From Takakia lepidozioides (taxonomy: Eukaryota; Plantae; Bryophyta): 64,000 bases of DNA. The notes beneath the pieces are model-generated. The model ran no database searches, was not told the origin of the DNA, and saw nothing but the letters and a program-made list of their open reading frames with translations. The position numbers and the translations under genes were made by a program. Shown here one piece after another: positions 11,644 through 24,807 of this stretch. Position 1 is the stretch's first letter. Each line of letters begins with the position of its first letter. The stretch lies in assembly GCA_030704615.1 (NCBI GenBank), contig CM060732.1, positions 40,610,001-40,674,000 of the forward strand, read 5' to 3'.

Positions 11644-14600
11644 TCAGGTCCGCACCAGCCTCAAAGGCAAATTTTCGAAGGCCACCTGGACATGACAACC
11701 ACCAAGTCATGCTCATATACCTCCTCAGGTCATGATGGAAAAAGAATGGGGTCTACTGCAGTGCTACAAAGCTTTTTGCGACTTGAGAGAATGAATCATC
11801 CAGGGTAAACAGCAAACAACATCCCCAAGGTCACAAGCGAGTGACATGCCACTTTAGCACCCACATGAGACTAACCATCTCAGCAACAGTTGTATCGTTG
11901 TTGCCTAAGCAGGATATGAACGTCTGTTCAAGCTTTCAATTGGCCTTGCCAGACCAGAAACAGGTATCCGTGAAGAGACGTCGAATTGCCCTGCTACTGA
12001 TATTAAGCCCAACTCTTGAATCCAATACACACTACCCTTCATATTACCCACATACCGCTTGTTTGGAGGCATGGGGCTCAGATAGCAGTGAATGCTTGGA
12101 GAGTCCCACATCAAATGTGATGATGATGGATAACTCAAACTCCAATGAGAATGATCTGGACATACCATGGCCAACAGCAATAAAGGTCAGCTTCAACCAA
12201 ATTGGCAACGAACATATCCCATGTCTGGCCCAACTGAGCATACACCTCATCCCAATATATAGGTTCCTGATTACAATGATTGCTGTGGTCTCTTCTCAAG
12301 AGAAATTCCTTGCAACAGTATAACCAATGGTTGAGAGGGATTACTAGCATTTGAAAGGTCCTCTCTGCAATAGCATATATCTCCACACATGAGATGCAAC
12401 AGTTACCGTACCCCGCAGAGAGAGTAGGGCATGTAGAAAGGCGTGGGAGAATCAAGAAGATGGGCAGTGCCAGACCCCTACAAATGTCACCATCAGCCAC
12501 CTGGTCACATCCGAAAAAAGCTTCAGATTATTTTTCACCATGGCGTCAGCATATTGGTGCATTCTGGCTCTCTTCTGGAAATTGCACAGGGATGTTTGCT
12601 GCAGACTGGTCTCTTATATCAACTTAACCTGCGATAGTAATGAGCCACTGCACATCTATAGCTCATCTTCTTATGGACTCTTCAGAGGTTTTTAGGCAAG
12701 GTTTGTCCAGTGCACATAAATATGCTGTCATTCTCCTCCTCCGTGATCTTGTATTCACTAGTCTTCTAGCGGATTGCATCCATCCACTAAAGAGCCACTT
12801 TCTGTACTGGACTCATTAGCGTAGCCACTGCAATTCTAATATTACCAACGAAAAAACTTACAATACCAACAGAGGCACTGCCAAGCACCTGTGAACCCGG
12901 GTTGCTAGATTCACCTGGGTACTCTGAATCTCGGAAGTCTCTGTTGCCATCCGTTCACCAGCAGCAATAGACTCCACCCGCAAAAGCTGAAGGTCGATTG
13001 AGTGAATTGGGACAGCAGAAGTCTCTACCGTCAACTCCCCGGTGAGGGTATCTGTCACCGAACACTGGGTAGCAACTCGGCCAGTGATCCGGAACCCGCC
13101 TGCTCTCCCCCCCCCCACCCCCCCACCCTTGCATCTTTCAGGTCCAGGGCGCACCAACAAGATTGCCACACCTGTCCTCACTCAATTGCTGTAACTTGCT
13201 GACAACCGCTGCCAAATCCCAAGCCACACACATCCATCAATCACATAAATTTTGCTTTTATAGGGATTGTCAGGGAGAGAGAAGTCCGTGGCCGAATAAG
13301 GGTTAGGTGAAGATAGGAAAACACAGAAGCGAAATTACAAACTGGATGCACTCACCTGTGATTCACAATTCAAGGTTGCTTTCACCAACAAGTGCATCAA
13401 CGAGAAAAACGTTCTACAAATAGTTCAAGTGACAGCCAGGTGACGTTCTCATTCTGATGTTACGTGCTTGTGTTCAAGTAATGAATATCCACAAACCTGA
13501 GTAAAGAGCTGGAGCCAAAGCGTGCTTTTGAGTGTCCTGAGTGATGTAAAAGTTCACAGCCTGTGGGGGAAGCAATGCCTGTGGCACCCGGGCTGTATGT
13601 ACACATAAGGGCAGAACCATCAACAGATAGATAATAGTCTTCTCATTGACATCTAGGCCCTCTGGGTCCATGTGGATGTTCTAGAATCCTTTGTTTCTTG
13701 GTCCCTTGTCTTTCCTAGACCCTGCTTGGTTGAAACCCAGTGGAAGGCTTAGTATTCCAAGGGACTATGCTGTTTAAGGGCACATAGTAGTAAACCATAG
13801 TAGATAGTGGCCAAAGACTACAAGCTCTTCCTTCCAACCTCCACTCAAAGCATATACCTTAGACCTACCTGCTATCTTAGTTTTTAAGTACTGGCTAATG
13901 AATGAACTGAAATTGACTGAATTCTCACCTTTACGACCTTCCACAATAAACTCAGCAGTTTCTGAAAGGGGTCTCTGTAGATATCCTCGCAAAATTTCAG
14001 CTGTTATTGTGTACTGAGTTCCAAGCCAACACATACAACAGTTAACCCTGTTTTCTCTTGCACTCTCACGCCTGTGCACCACTAAAATAATTTGAAGGTG
14101 CAAGTATTTCAATTTTTAAAATCCCAAACTGGATTAAACTAGTGCCTATCTACGAAAAGGTGCAGTGGATGGAAAGGTAGAGAAACAGACAAAGAGGAGA
14201 TTTATCATCTCCACAGGAAGCACTTGTGGGGAGAGACAGAGGATAAAAGAGATTATTTGAACATGCAATGTTACAGACCCTCAAATAAACCCAACAACTA
14301 CATGTGAAGAGAAAGAAAAAGGAGAAGGCGTCAAAACAACACAACAGACCTGGATATTGACAAACAAACCATGATAGGATTCATAAAGGTTCTCAACTAG
14401 CCCTCCCTTGCCCGTCTCCAATGCAATATGGAACGGCAGCTGCCAGCATATCATTCATTACAATTAGACAACTCACCAGCTTCCACTCAAGGCTTAAAAT
14501 TCTCTAGATGACCATAAACACCAGCAAAGTTGCAGGATAAAAACATTACATGACAAGCTCAACCCATAGACATACACAAATAGACACAAATAGACACAGA

Positions 14601-16986
14601 TGTACAAGCATGGATAAGTACAGTATCACTATGTGTGTCCAGAATCCCAGATTAAGAAGCGCAATGATATCTGCAGCTTGAGAAAAACTTGCTGCAGAGA
14701 AACAGGCTCCTTATAGGAAAACAGCACTGACCTCCAACTTTCCAGCAGAGATTTTCCCTGCAGGGCTGAGATCCACAGTCTTATTCCTGCACTTGCAATT
14801 TCCACATTTCCACAAACCTTTCAGACCTAACAGATCCACAATCACAAAGACCAAGACTTGTAGCTTCTGATGTCTTGTATGAATATCAGGAAAAGGAGTA
14901 TACTCACATGAGCTGAATAGGTTTGACAGAGCTGTATAGTGACTCAAACACGCCCACTGCTCTTGCGCTCAGCTGTTTACAACCAATGTACGCCAAAATT
15001 GGTGAGTGTAAGAGCCACTTCACCTTGCGGCTACTTCTGTCTGAGATAACCCCTTGACCAACTGAAAAACCCCAATTCTAATTAGAGAAATTCGACAGAA
15101 ACCATGGGTCTCTCAAGCACAATCAATCTATAAGACTACATCCAGTGGTGGTTACGGATAAAGACTTGCAATTCAGAAACACCTACACGAATAAGTTTGG
15201 ATGGGATCATGGACACTAGAAAAGGAGTACAATTACTGTTTTGCAAATTTCTTGAGAGTATCTACAGATCACAGTGCAGCCACCTAAGAAAACAAGCTGG
15301 AAGTAGAGTGAAGAGCAGTCATTGCATCATTTACGGACTCATAGACCATCCTTTCTGCAGGAAACGATTTTATTCTTTGGGTGGAACAGATGAAGACCTG
15401 TAACATGATGGTTCCTGTGGCCGTCAGCCGAATGCCTTGATGTGAAATCGATGTGGGTGTTGTAATCAATACAATTCCATCCACAACATCCTGCATCACA
15501 TGTTTTGTGGGTAAAATGAAGTACAATTCAAAGCAACTAGCTATACTATCCATAACTACATGTGAGAGACCAGTAAACTCTGAACTCACATTTCAGCGGT
15601 AATAAAAAATAAGATAAAATAGCTACATCCGATATCAAGAAGAGCTTTCAAGGATGAAAACAAAGGCAACAGGACAAAACCTCAAATAAAGTCACATGGA
15701 AGAAGAAACAACAAAAAGTGGAAGGATACCAAAAAGAATGATGTCAGGTCACTCTAAGAGTACGAGACAATGAAATCCCCTGTATAACAGTGATCAGCTG
15801 TTATAACTCCCAGTGGCTTCATTAGTTTCTGAAAGAGGCTGCAGACGCTCTGAGTTTCTGTGTTAACACAGGAAGACTCAGCCAAGACATAGCCAGCCAG
15901 CAACAACTAAAAATTCTGACTCAGATGATATATTGATATATTAAGATGAGCTTCGAAACACCAGTGTAGTGGCTTGGAATGCACCAGGCAAAGGCTGCCA
16001 CAGCAAACTAAACCCATCTACACAACCACTACCAACCATAGTTTGAACTTGCAGACCTCCTTAGCACCCCCCTGTAATTGGAATCTCCTGGTTGTAGTAG
16101 TACTTGAATTCTTGCTAGAATGAAGATCATCAGCTGTGACTTCCTCAACCTTAATAGAATCAGAGGCAATGATTCTAAGTGCAATGTACATTCAATATCA
16201 TGGTCGTCGATGCCATATAAGTTTGATTCAGATAAGCTGGTTGGTGTCATAATAACGCTCAAACAGTCTGGTGCCTTGAGTATCTCCAAATGCAACGATG
16301 ACAGGTCAGGACTTCCAATATCGAAGAAATTCCAAGCGCCTCTTAAGTTCAAGAAGCTCAGGTAGACACGCACATGGAATTACAAAGAAAACTACAAAAA
16401 TGACACAATATGAAACTTGAAAGCAACAACAATCTCCTTATAGCTCTAGGGTCTAAGAGCAGCTGCTTAATCGGCAATCGGCACAGTTTCTGCCAGTATT
16501 TACTGCAAACAGCTTCTCCATCTCAACAACTATTCCTTCTAAATTTCCTGCCAAGTTTATCAGTATCTGAGCAGTCCCAGAGTGAAAACAATCGTACACA
16601 GGTTGACATTTCAACAAACGGTAAGTTATCCCATACCAGGTGTTACAATACTCCTTTCGTGCCAACATCTTAGTCTCATTCGTCCCTTCCTTCTTAATAA
16701 CTGTGCTTTCAAGGCTTGCAAGAATACACTTTGAAGCTTGAACAACAAAGAATTCATAGGAATCTAACAACTCCGAACGACAGAAGACGCAAGTCACCAA
16801 GTTCGAGTTCAAAAGCCCAATTCCCGACAACAATCTCCAGTTTCGAAATGAAGGGTAGTTGCTGGAGGACAAACAGGGTTCAATCAAAAAAATAGAAAGC
16901 CAAATATGAGAATACGGTAAACATGAAATGCTTACAGGTGGACTGTACACGCGATCTGGTCTGGAGAGCCTGATCTCCACCGTCAT
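11644..16986 (-). CDS. VPS26C: VPS26C / DSCR3 (retriever complex subunit), about 11 exons
   Basis: Exons in order: MTVEIRLSRPDRVYSPP (16986-16936); DVVDGIVLITTPTSISHQGIRL; LSARAVGVFESLYSSVKPI; NKTVDLSPAGKI; LPFHI...LYESYHGLFVNIQ; YTITAEILRGYL; VNFYITQDTQKH; GGFRITG...LLRVESI...SEIQSTQ; VADGDICRGLALPIFLILPRL; SFSLEFELSIIITF; VAFENLPLRLVRT* (11685-11644). Confidence 0.92.
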
Positions 16987-19178
16987 CGCTACAAGCTCTT
17001 GGAGAACGACAACAAAGAATGGTAAGTACTATCTGCTCAAAGTGGAAGTCTAGGTCCAAAAATGTACTTTCTGCTTTACAAACTCGAAGGTCTGGAGCTC
17101 CAATTCCAGAAGGGTAGTGACCAGTGATCCCTATGAAGACGGTGAATGACTATAGACTTCCGCATCATTCTCATTCTTCTCTCAAAATTGGGTCCTTGGC
17201 TTCTCCTCCTGCAGATACACCACTGTTGGGACTCTTGTCTTTCAAACCCAACAATTGGGTCAAGCCCAAGTTGGCAACGCAAGGTCACAAGTATGCGGAC
17301 TGAACCCAGGCATGCCAGGAAGTGTTGGGGTGTTTGTTGATGGATGAGAAAGTATTAACCCAAAGATGCACATGATGGAATGTCCTTGGAGCTAGAATAA
17401 TACATGATGGGTCTGGACAGCGGAAGGACGACTGTGAGTTGGTTCGGTCGGCAGCAGATGTATCTGTGGTTGTAAAATGAGCAATGGAGAGAGACAGATG
17501 TGTGGGTGTTTCTGCATGTCACGCTGTTTGCTGGCAGTTGCTGGCAGCCTCTCCGCAGCTCAAGTAGCTTTAAACTGAATCCTGCGAGGTGCTCCATGGG
17601 GTCTACCATCTGATGCCGACGATGGGTCTGAGCTTGCACTCTCTGAAGTAGCTTGTTGTTGGATGTAAAGTGTACGACTGATGGAGTTATTAGGTCGATT
17701 GATCTCGGGCCTTCAGACTTGGAGCTATGGTGATCAAGTGGAAGTGGCGGTTGACAGTCCATTTTAAGCAACCATTGGAAGCTCATTAGGTGCTCTACAC
17801 TTTAGTCGTTACTTAAACCTCGAGCAAGTGAGCTAGTTTTCTCTTCCTTCAAGCTTTCTGAGAGTTTATCAAGCATCTCTGTCTGTAGTTTGCAACCGAA
17901 GTCTATCTCTAGAAGGAACAAGGAATGGCGGCTATGGATCGTCGGAGCATGCTGTCTGTTCCCGATTCGCTGGTTAGAATCTGGTAGAAAGTACAGAATC
18001 AGCTCTTTGGGGTGCATCCTGTGCTCTCTGAGAGCAGAGTAATGCATTTTGTAGCAATGCGACCAACCTTCCATGCCTCCCAAGTTGTAAGACCTTTTGA
18101 ATTTCAGTGTGTTGAATGAGCTGGAAGCGGGACACCCACAACAGCTTTCTGGTTTTCCCATTGATGCGCATTCATTTGATCGTAAGTTGTTAGAACGACA
18201 GAACCAAAGGCGGGGTTGCATCCACAGCTCTTTTTAGTTCTTCTCTACTGAACTCCCCACCTCAGCTGATCTAGCCTGCCTCGTTCCTTCTGCAGCTGCC
18301 AGCCTCTGTACCTTGGAGAAGAGAAATTCACATTGTCCATGTGATTTGCGTAGAGCAAATGTTGGACGGAAAAATCACCCAACATCTACACATTGTATGG
18401 GAAGTGTATTTCTGTAGCTTTGTAGCTACTCATGAATTGTATGCAGGACCAGGCTTTGCTTAGAATGCCCCCTGCTTTCTGCTTTAGCTGCTTGTGCTCA
18501 TGGGAGAATCTGCTGCCGTCTTCTGCAAAATACGTAGTTGTAGCTAGCTAGACCACAGCTGCCTTGCTTTAAACAGAATCAATTACGAAGACTTTAAGGA
18601 ACGAATCGAACCTACACCGCAAGGCTTTCTCGTTACAGCGAGCTGCTGCTTTTCCTTAGCACAACCGTTATTTCATGATGGAGTGATGAGGTGTGCCTAG
18701 CCAGGTGAAGTGATCCTGTACAGTGCAGTGTGAAGTGATCATGTATTCTCAAACCTGTGCAGGTACGCAAACAATGTAGCAGCTTGTCGATATCGAGATT
18801 CACACCATGACCACTGTATCTGGATATGCCATGGTTCAGAAAGACTTTGTTAACGGATTCCTTCAGCATCGGACCTCAAAGGTTGAAGCGCATGTTGGCA
18901 ATATGGAAAGAACGGAAATAACCTGCAACACATATCACAGGGACCCAGCACAGTCCTGAGAATAGCATTACCAAGGTTGTTTCAAAGGGAAAATCCTGCT
19001 GAGCCGATGAGAAGCAACTAAGAGGCTGAAGTCATATTACTCTGTTTAGAAGAGTTGTGGAAGTTCCACCATATATGTGATAGATGCTCCTAAGACAACG
19101 AAGAAACACGGAAATTGAGGCAAGTCATGCTGTGGGGCTCGTGAGTGAGGATTGAGATTGGAGGGCACGACTAGCAGG

Positions 19179-22100
19179 ATGAGGCAGCTGCAGGAGGGCG
19201 AGGAGGATGAGAGCAGCATATCGCAGAGGCTGATTGAAGCAGCGTTGGCAGGTGATGAGTGCACTGTTGGTCATGCCCTCGCCCATTCGCTCATAGATGT
19301 TAACTACAATGGAACTGTGAGCTTAAGGGTGAAGCACAGTGAGACAGTGCAGCACGAGGAAACTCCTGATCAAGTCAAAATTGAGTATCAGGAGTTCAAA
19401 ACTGACATCACACCTCTCTTTGCAGCTGCTCATGCAGGCCATGTTGACATCACACGCAAGCTTCTGGTTTGTATCTTACCTCTTCTCTTGATGATAGCTG
19501 AATTCTTCCTTCAAAAGACATTTTTGCATTTCACTTGAAGGAGAAATGCTTGCAAACAAGATTTGCATGACTCAGCATGTTGTTTTCCACTAATTTCCAC
19601 AAAATGAAGTCTAGCCTTTGTCTCGGTGTTTGTGAGGAGCTAGACTTGAATGACATCCTTTTAGTTAGTTAGTTTGTGGAATGACAAGAGTTGTAAGATC
19701 TGCGTGTTGTCCTGAAAACCAAAAGAGAAGAAGTAAACCCAGTTGAAGGCAGCTTACCTGATCGCCCCCATGATCCTTCTAGGTCTACTTTTTCTGTCAG
19801 TAGGTGGGCACTCTAAAATGGCCACAAACAGTCTGGCCAGGGAATTCTGTGCCTGCAGCTGGGTGGAACAATTGATGAGCCTCAAAGATGGATTTTGAAG
19901 CTATGATCAAATTGCTTGGCCAAAGTGCCCCAACCATGCTGGAATGTTGTATGGATTAAATCTGGAAGTAGGACAAGTCAACCTTTACACAGATTTAGTT
20001 GTGACTCTCAAGGGGGATGGCCAACAGACAGCGGGAGCAGATGTGAATCAGAAGGTCTTTCGAGGCTATGCCACCACCGCAGCAGCCAGGGAAGGGCATG
20101 ATAGGGTGCTCAACATATTGCAGCGTGCAGGTGCAGCACAGCCTGCATTGGAGGATGCACTGCTGGAGGCATGCCTATTTGGGCAAGGCAAGGCAGCTGA
20201 GCTTCTCATAAGCTCTGAGATGACACGCCCTGATGTGCAGGCACAGGCTCTGCTGCATGCCAGCAGCCGTGGCTTTGTGGATATTGTTGCGACATTAATC
20301 AAGGCAAGCCTGCCCTTCCTTTTGTGTTGAGTCGGCATGTGGAAGGAGCATCAGTTGCCTCCTCTAAGGTGTGCAGGGGACCGTAAAAACACTCAATCAG
20401 TGATCCCCTTTTGTATACTCACTTGTATCTCTCCCTTTTGGCCTTCTTTCTTTGCCCAGATAAGTTAGTGGCTTTTAGACTCAGGCAGACACATGAGGGT
20501 GGCATTGCTGCCAATTTTGTGACTGCAACATCCAGTGCAGCTAAGGGATTTGGTTTGGCACTACCAGAGCCTTCCTTGGCAAGGAACCCCCAATATCTAG
20601 CTGCCCAGGTATGACAGGTAGCACTAGAGCTGCTGCAATTGCAGTCCTGAAGCCCTGGACATGCTCGGATGGGTGCAGAGTGGAGTGGATGTGAACTCAT
20701 GGCACCGCGTATTGTTGCGGTCGGCAAAGCCGGCATTGCATGCTAATGTCAACTGTACTCCGTTGATTGCAGCCATCGTCGCAAGACAGTCTCTCGTTGT
20801 CAATTATCTCTTGGAGGTAAATAATATTGCTGTTTTAACCTTATGCTACAACTGAGAAATTAGGACAGCTCCATGCTTGGATTGGGTACCCTCCCCATTC
20901 AATGACATGGGAGCCTGCTGTTGGGATGCCATTGTAGGCTTTTGTGGGGATGCCTGCATGCAATTGTTTACGGAACCAACATTTGTGATTAAAGTCAAAC
21001 CCCTCCTATCATTTCAAGTGGAAAAAGTCGTGGAATGTAACATTCAGGTGAGTGGGCTTATTGAAACATTGAGGCCTTGTCGTTCCCTAGAAGCCAATAG
21101 CTGGTTTTGGTGCACGCAGGCAGGAGCCAGAACAGACTGTAAAGTGAGCCTTGGTGCCTGGACGTGGGATTGTAGCTCTGGAGAAGAGCTTCGGGTTGGG
21201 GTTGGGGCGGGTTTGGCAGAGCCTTACAATGAAGCATGGTGTGCGGTGGAGTACTGGGAAGCCAAGGGGTCTATATTGAGGATGCTTCTGGAGTATATCC
21301 CTTCGAACAATGTGCAAAATGGCAGAACACTCATCTTCCATGCCATCCTTTGTCGCAATGCAGCTGCTATGAAGTTGCTGTTGGCAGCAGGGTCTGATGC
21401 AGAGTACCACATTCAGACATTGGAGGGAAGGGAATTCCGGCCCCTGCACTTGGCAGCACGAGTTGGTTGCGTATTGGTGTTGAATCTGTTAATTACTCAT
21501 GGGTGTAAACTGGATGCCCAGACAGAATCTGGAGACACTCCTCTTATGCTGTGTGCGAAGGGAGGGTTTCAAGATTGCCTCAAACAGCTGCTTATAGCAG
21601 GTGCTGATGTTGGACTTGTGAACCAAGAGGGTCAAAGTGTTGTGAGCATTGCTGAGGCCCATGGAAGTGGGCCTGCCTTTCATCAGATGGTGTGGGACGC
21701 CATCAAAACAGGGCAGCATATTTATTCCAGCAATCCAGAAGTGTTTGCACCGCTTCATATTGTTGCAAGGTTGGGGGATAGCAAAACCCTGCAGAAGCTG
21801 CTGCAACAAGAAGCTGGCCTGGCTTTGAATGCACAAGACGAGGGTGGTTATTCTGCGGCCATGATCGCTGCACAAGAAGGTCATCTGGAGGTATTTAAGC
21901 TGTTGTTGTATGCAGGGGCTGATGTTGGTCTTAAAAGTAACAGGGGCGAGACAGCACTGTCTCTTACCGAAGGCAATGGGACAAGGGAGGGTTTAGAACA
22001 GGTGCTGGCGGAAGCCATAATGGCAGACATAGTGAAAGGGCAAAACTTCAAGTCTCTACATTTCGCTGCACAGAGTGGTAAGGTGGATGCAATGATCCAG

Positions 22101-22667
22101 CTGTTAAAGCGCGGGTCAGATGTCAATGCCTGCGACAATGATGGCTACACACCCCTCATGCTGGCTGCAAGTGAGGGTCATGAAGAAGCATGCCGGATGC
22201 TTCTACTTGCTGGGGCTGATACTAGCCTAATCACCTCAAGGGGAGAGACGGCACTTACATTGGCAAGGCAAACACACTCCTCAAATTCTGCAGAAGGAGT
22301 GATTTTAGATTATTTGGCCAAGAAATTTGTCCTGAGTGGTGGCCCATTGTATAAACATACCAGACAAGGCAAAGGGGCCCCACACAGCAAAGAGGTTCGA
22401 ATGTTGAAGTCGGGTTTTCTTACTTGGGGTGACTCAAGTAGGCGTAATGTTGTGTGCATGGAAGCAGCAGTAGGCCCCTCTCCTAGATTTCGCAAAAATC
22501 GCAGAAAAGGTGATGCGGATAAAGCAGGTACGTTCCGAATTGTCACCAGTGCAGGGAGGGAAGTGCACTTCGAGTCATCAGCAGCTGCCTCTGCAGAGCT
22601 TTGGGTGCGTGGAATTAGGCTGATTATGATGGAGGCTGGCACTGGGTCAACGGCGGATGGACATTGA
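19179..22667 (+). CDS. Ankyrin-repeat protein with C-terminal PH-like domain (plant family)
   Basis: Exons 19179-19466, 20028-20303, 20679-20816 and 21120-22667. Many ANK repeats (GDTPLMLCAKGG, GYTPLMLAASEGH). C-terminus LYKHTRQGKGAPH...FRIVTSAGREVHFE...AELWVRGIRL is PH-like. The start codon is tentative. Confidence 0.9.
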
Positions 22668-24807
22668 GCTGAATTGCCTTTGTTCCTTTTTGTGTCAGGA
22701 TTGCTTCTTGCAGGGATGCTCTTACAGTCTGCTGTGGTCTAAAGCCACACTTACTGCTTCTTTCTGGCAGCTAGTCGGGATAATTTGTACTGAGGCAATT
22801 TTGAAGGGGCAAGCAGGGGTTCGGATTTTGAAGATGACAACTTTGATAGGCTAGGACAAGTGGTATCCTAAAACATTCGTAGATTGTTGGCCATCAAAGA
22901 CTTAGCTCAAAAAATGATGAGCATCATATTCACAGAGTACTGACATGGTTTACCCAAAAGCCCGCTTATCACCGAAGTTTCTTGTATGTCTCCAAATTTG
23001 CTTCTACCATCTATACTGGTCCACGACTGCTATGCAAGTGCAGGCAGACTGTGATTTTGCTCATTCCTCAAAAATACTGGAAATTTTGTATTACCAGTGT
23101 AATGACTCCAACTAATCCAACTGCTCCACTGCAAACATTCCTAGAAGGGATATTCTCCAACTATGCTTTAATGGTTACTGCTATGGAATGTGTGTGACCT
23201 CAGAGAATCCCTCGTTTGACTACATGTCCCACCAATAAAGAACTCACATACCACATAACTTAACCTCTATCCATCAATGGTGTCGTCAACGTTCGCTTTC
23301 AAGCCAGGTGATACCTGAGGCAACCACCATATTGTTGCACATCGATGATTCGATTTGGTTTTTGTCGGTTTGTGAGTGCCGAAGATCGCCCTTTCTGGCT
23401 TGGCGTTCCAGGTGGCTTCATCTTCACTTTCCTGCAATAATGCAGATACGGGTAGAACGGGTTTTCATATGAGCACACTAGAGACGTTTCTCTCTCAGGT
23501 AAGTTGACTCATTCCCTTCATAGATATCTTCGGATTGAAGGATTGTTTAATTAGGGTTCCGTTTCTAGCATGCACGTCTATTGATTATAAGATTCTCTAC
23601 CTTTTTCCCTTACATGTATCTCTTCATGAACGTCTGTCCTTCCAACATTTCAACCTACATGTTTCTGCCCAAAAAGTGGATGGTCTGTTGGGATTATATA
23701 TTATGTATAGTGATGCAGTCTCTTTTTGTTGCGGGGCCGCAACTGGGCCTTCCAGTGCAGTGAAGTCCTTTGAATGGTATTAGCCTTGCGAGTTGGGCTT
23801 AGTTGTATATATACCCTCACAGGCACAGTGGCAGGTGTTAGCAGTTAGCACCCCACCTTGCCCTGCCATTGGCTGCCCCTAGCAAATCTGGGGTACTTAA
23901 AATCAGTAGCAGGCAGACAAGACTTGCTTATTCCAGGCTTATGCAAGTTGGAACCAAAGTATGGCAGAAGACTGGAGCCAGAAGGAAGCCATTGCTCCTT
24001 GACAAATCTGCTGCACAATCAGATCACAAAAGAAGAGATTGGGGAGCAATGATAAACGGTATATAAGTCCATAGACTTTAAATGGTTCACTGGTACCAAT
24101 CTTGGCTGATCTACTCATGAATGGTTGATATGACATTACTGGATGCTTGCCAGGAATTGGCCTTGATGTCCACTGTAATCCAACAGCCACAGAATGAACC
24201 ATGATCCCTTTCATACCAACAAGAAGAAGATTATCTGCCAAAAGATGTGTAGTGACAGATCTTTAAAGCTTTGTCCTTGAAGGACTCATCTGTAGAAGAG
24301 TAGCCTTTACATTGCAGTAGTCTGCCACACTGGGCCCTTGAGCATAGTTATTTTTCTCCTCACTATAGACTGAACTAGCTCCAAGAGTAAGAATTGCAGA
24401 CTGCTGATAAAATAATAATGCAGTAGTGGGATGTTTGATCTTGAGTTCCCGAGTTCCTCTAAAGGGAAATTCCAAGTAAAGAGTGCAAGTTGAAATGGTG
24501 TACGCACAAATCATATGTTGGTTTCCTGAGTTTCAATGACAGCCTCTAAAGGGATCCTTCTAGGTACAATTTTGATGGGTATATGCACAAACAGTACAAT
24601 GCAGAACTCTAGGCGGCTGATAATGTATCTGCTGGAATACCCCCAAGGCACATCTTCACTCCAATAAGGGCTTTAGTCTTCAGTTGTTGACTTACTCATT
24701 GGGTTGGCAAGTACTGTATCATGCATTTTGTAACAATGAAATTATCCACAATCCTCCAAGGTAACTGTTGTTCAGCTGATTCAAATCAAGAGGAGCACCC
24801 CTTGCTA

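Noticed and set aside
16029-16373. Leu-rich ORF in VPS26C intron 1, possibly an LRR/F-box relic
   Set aside because: No convincing repeat consensus, so it cannot be supported without a search.
23270-24250. Possible small spliced transcript between ANK and BIOF (strong CAG|GTAAGT near 23498)
   Set aside because: No coherent ORF or RNA-family motif. A single splice-like site is not enough evidence.
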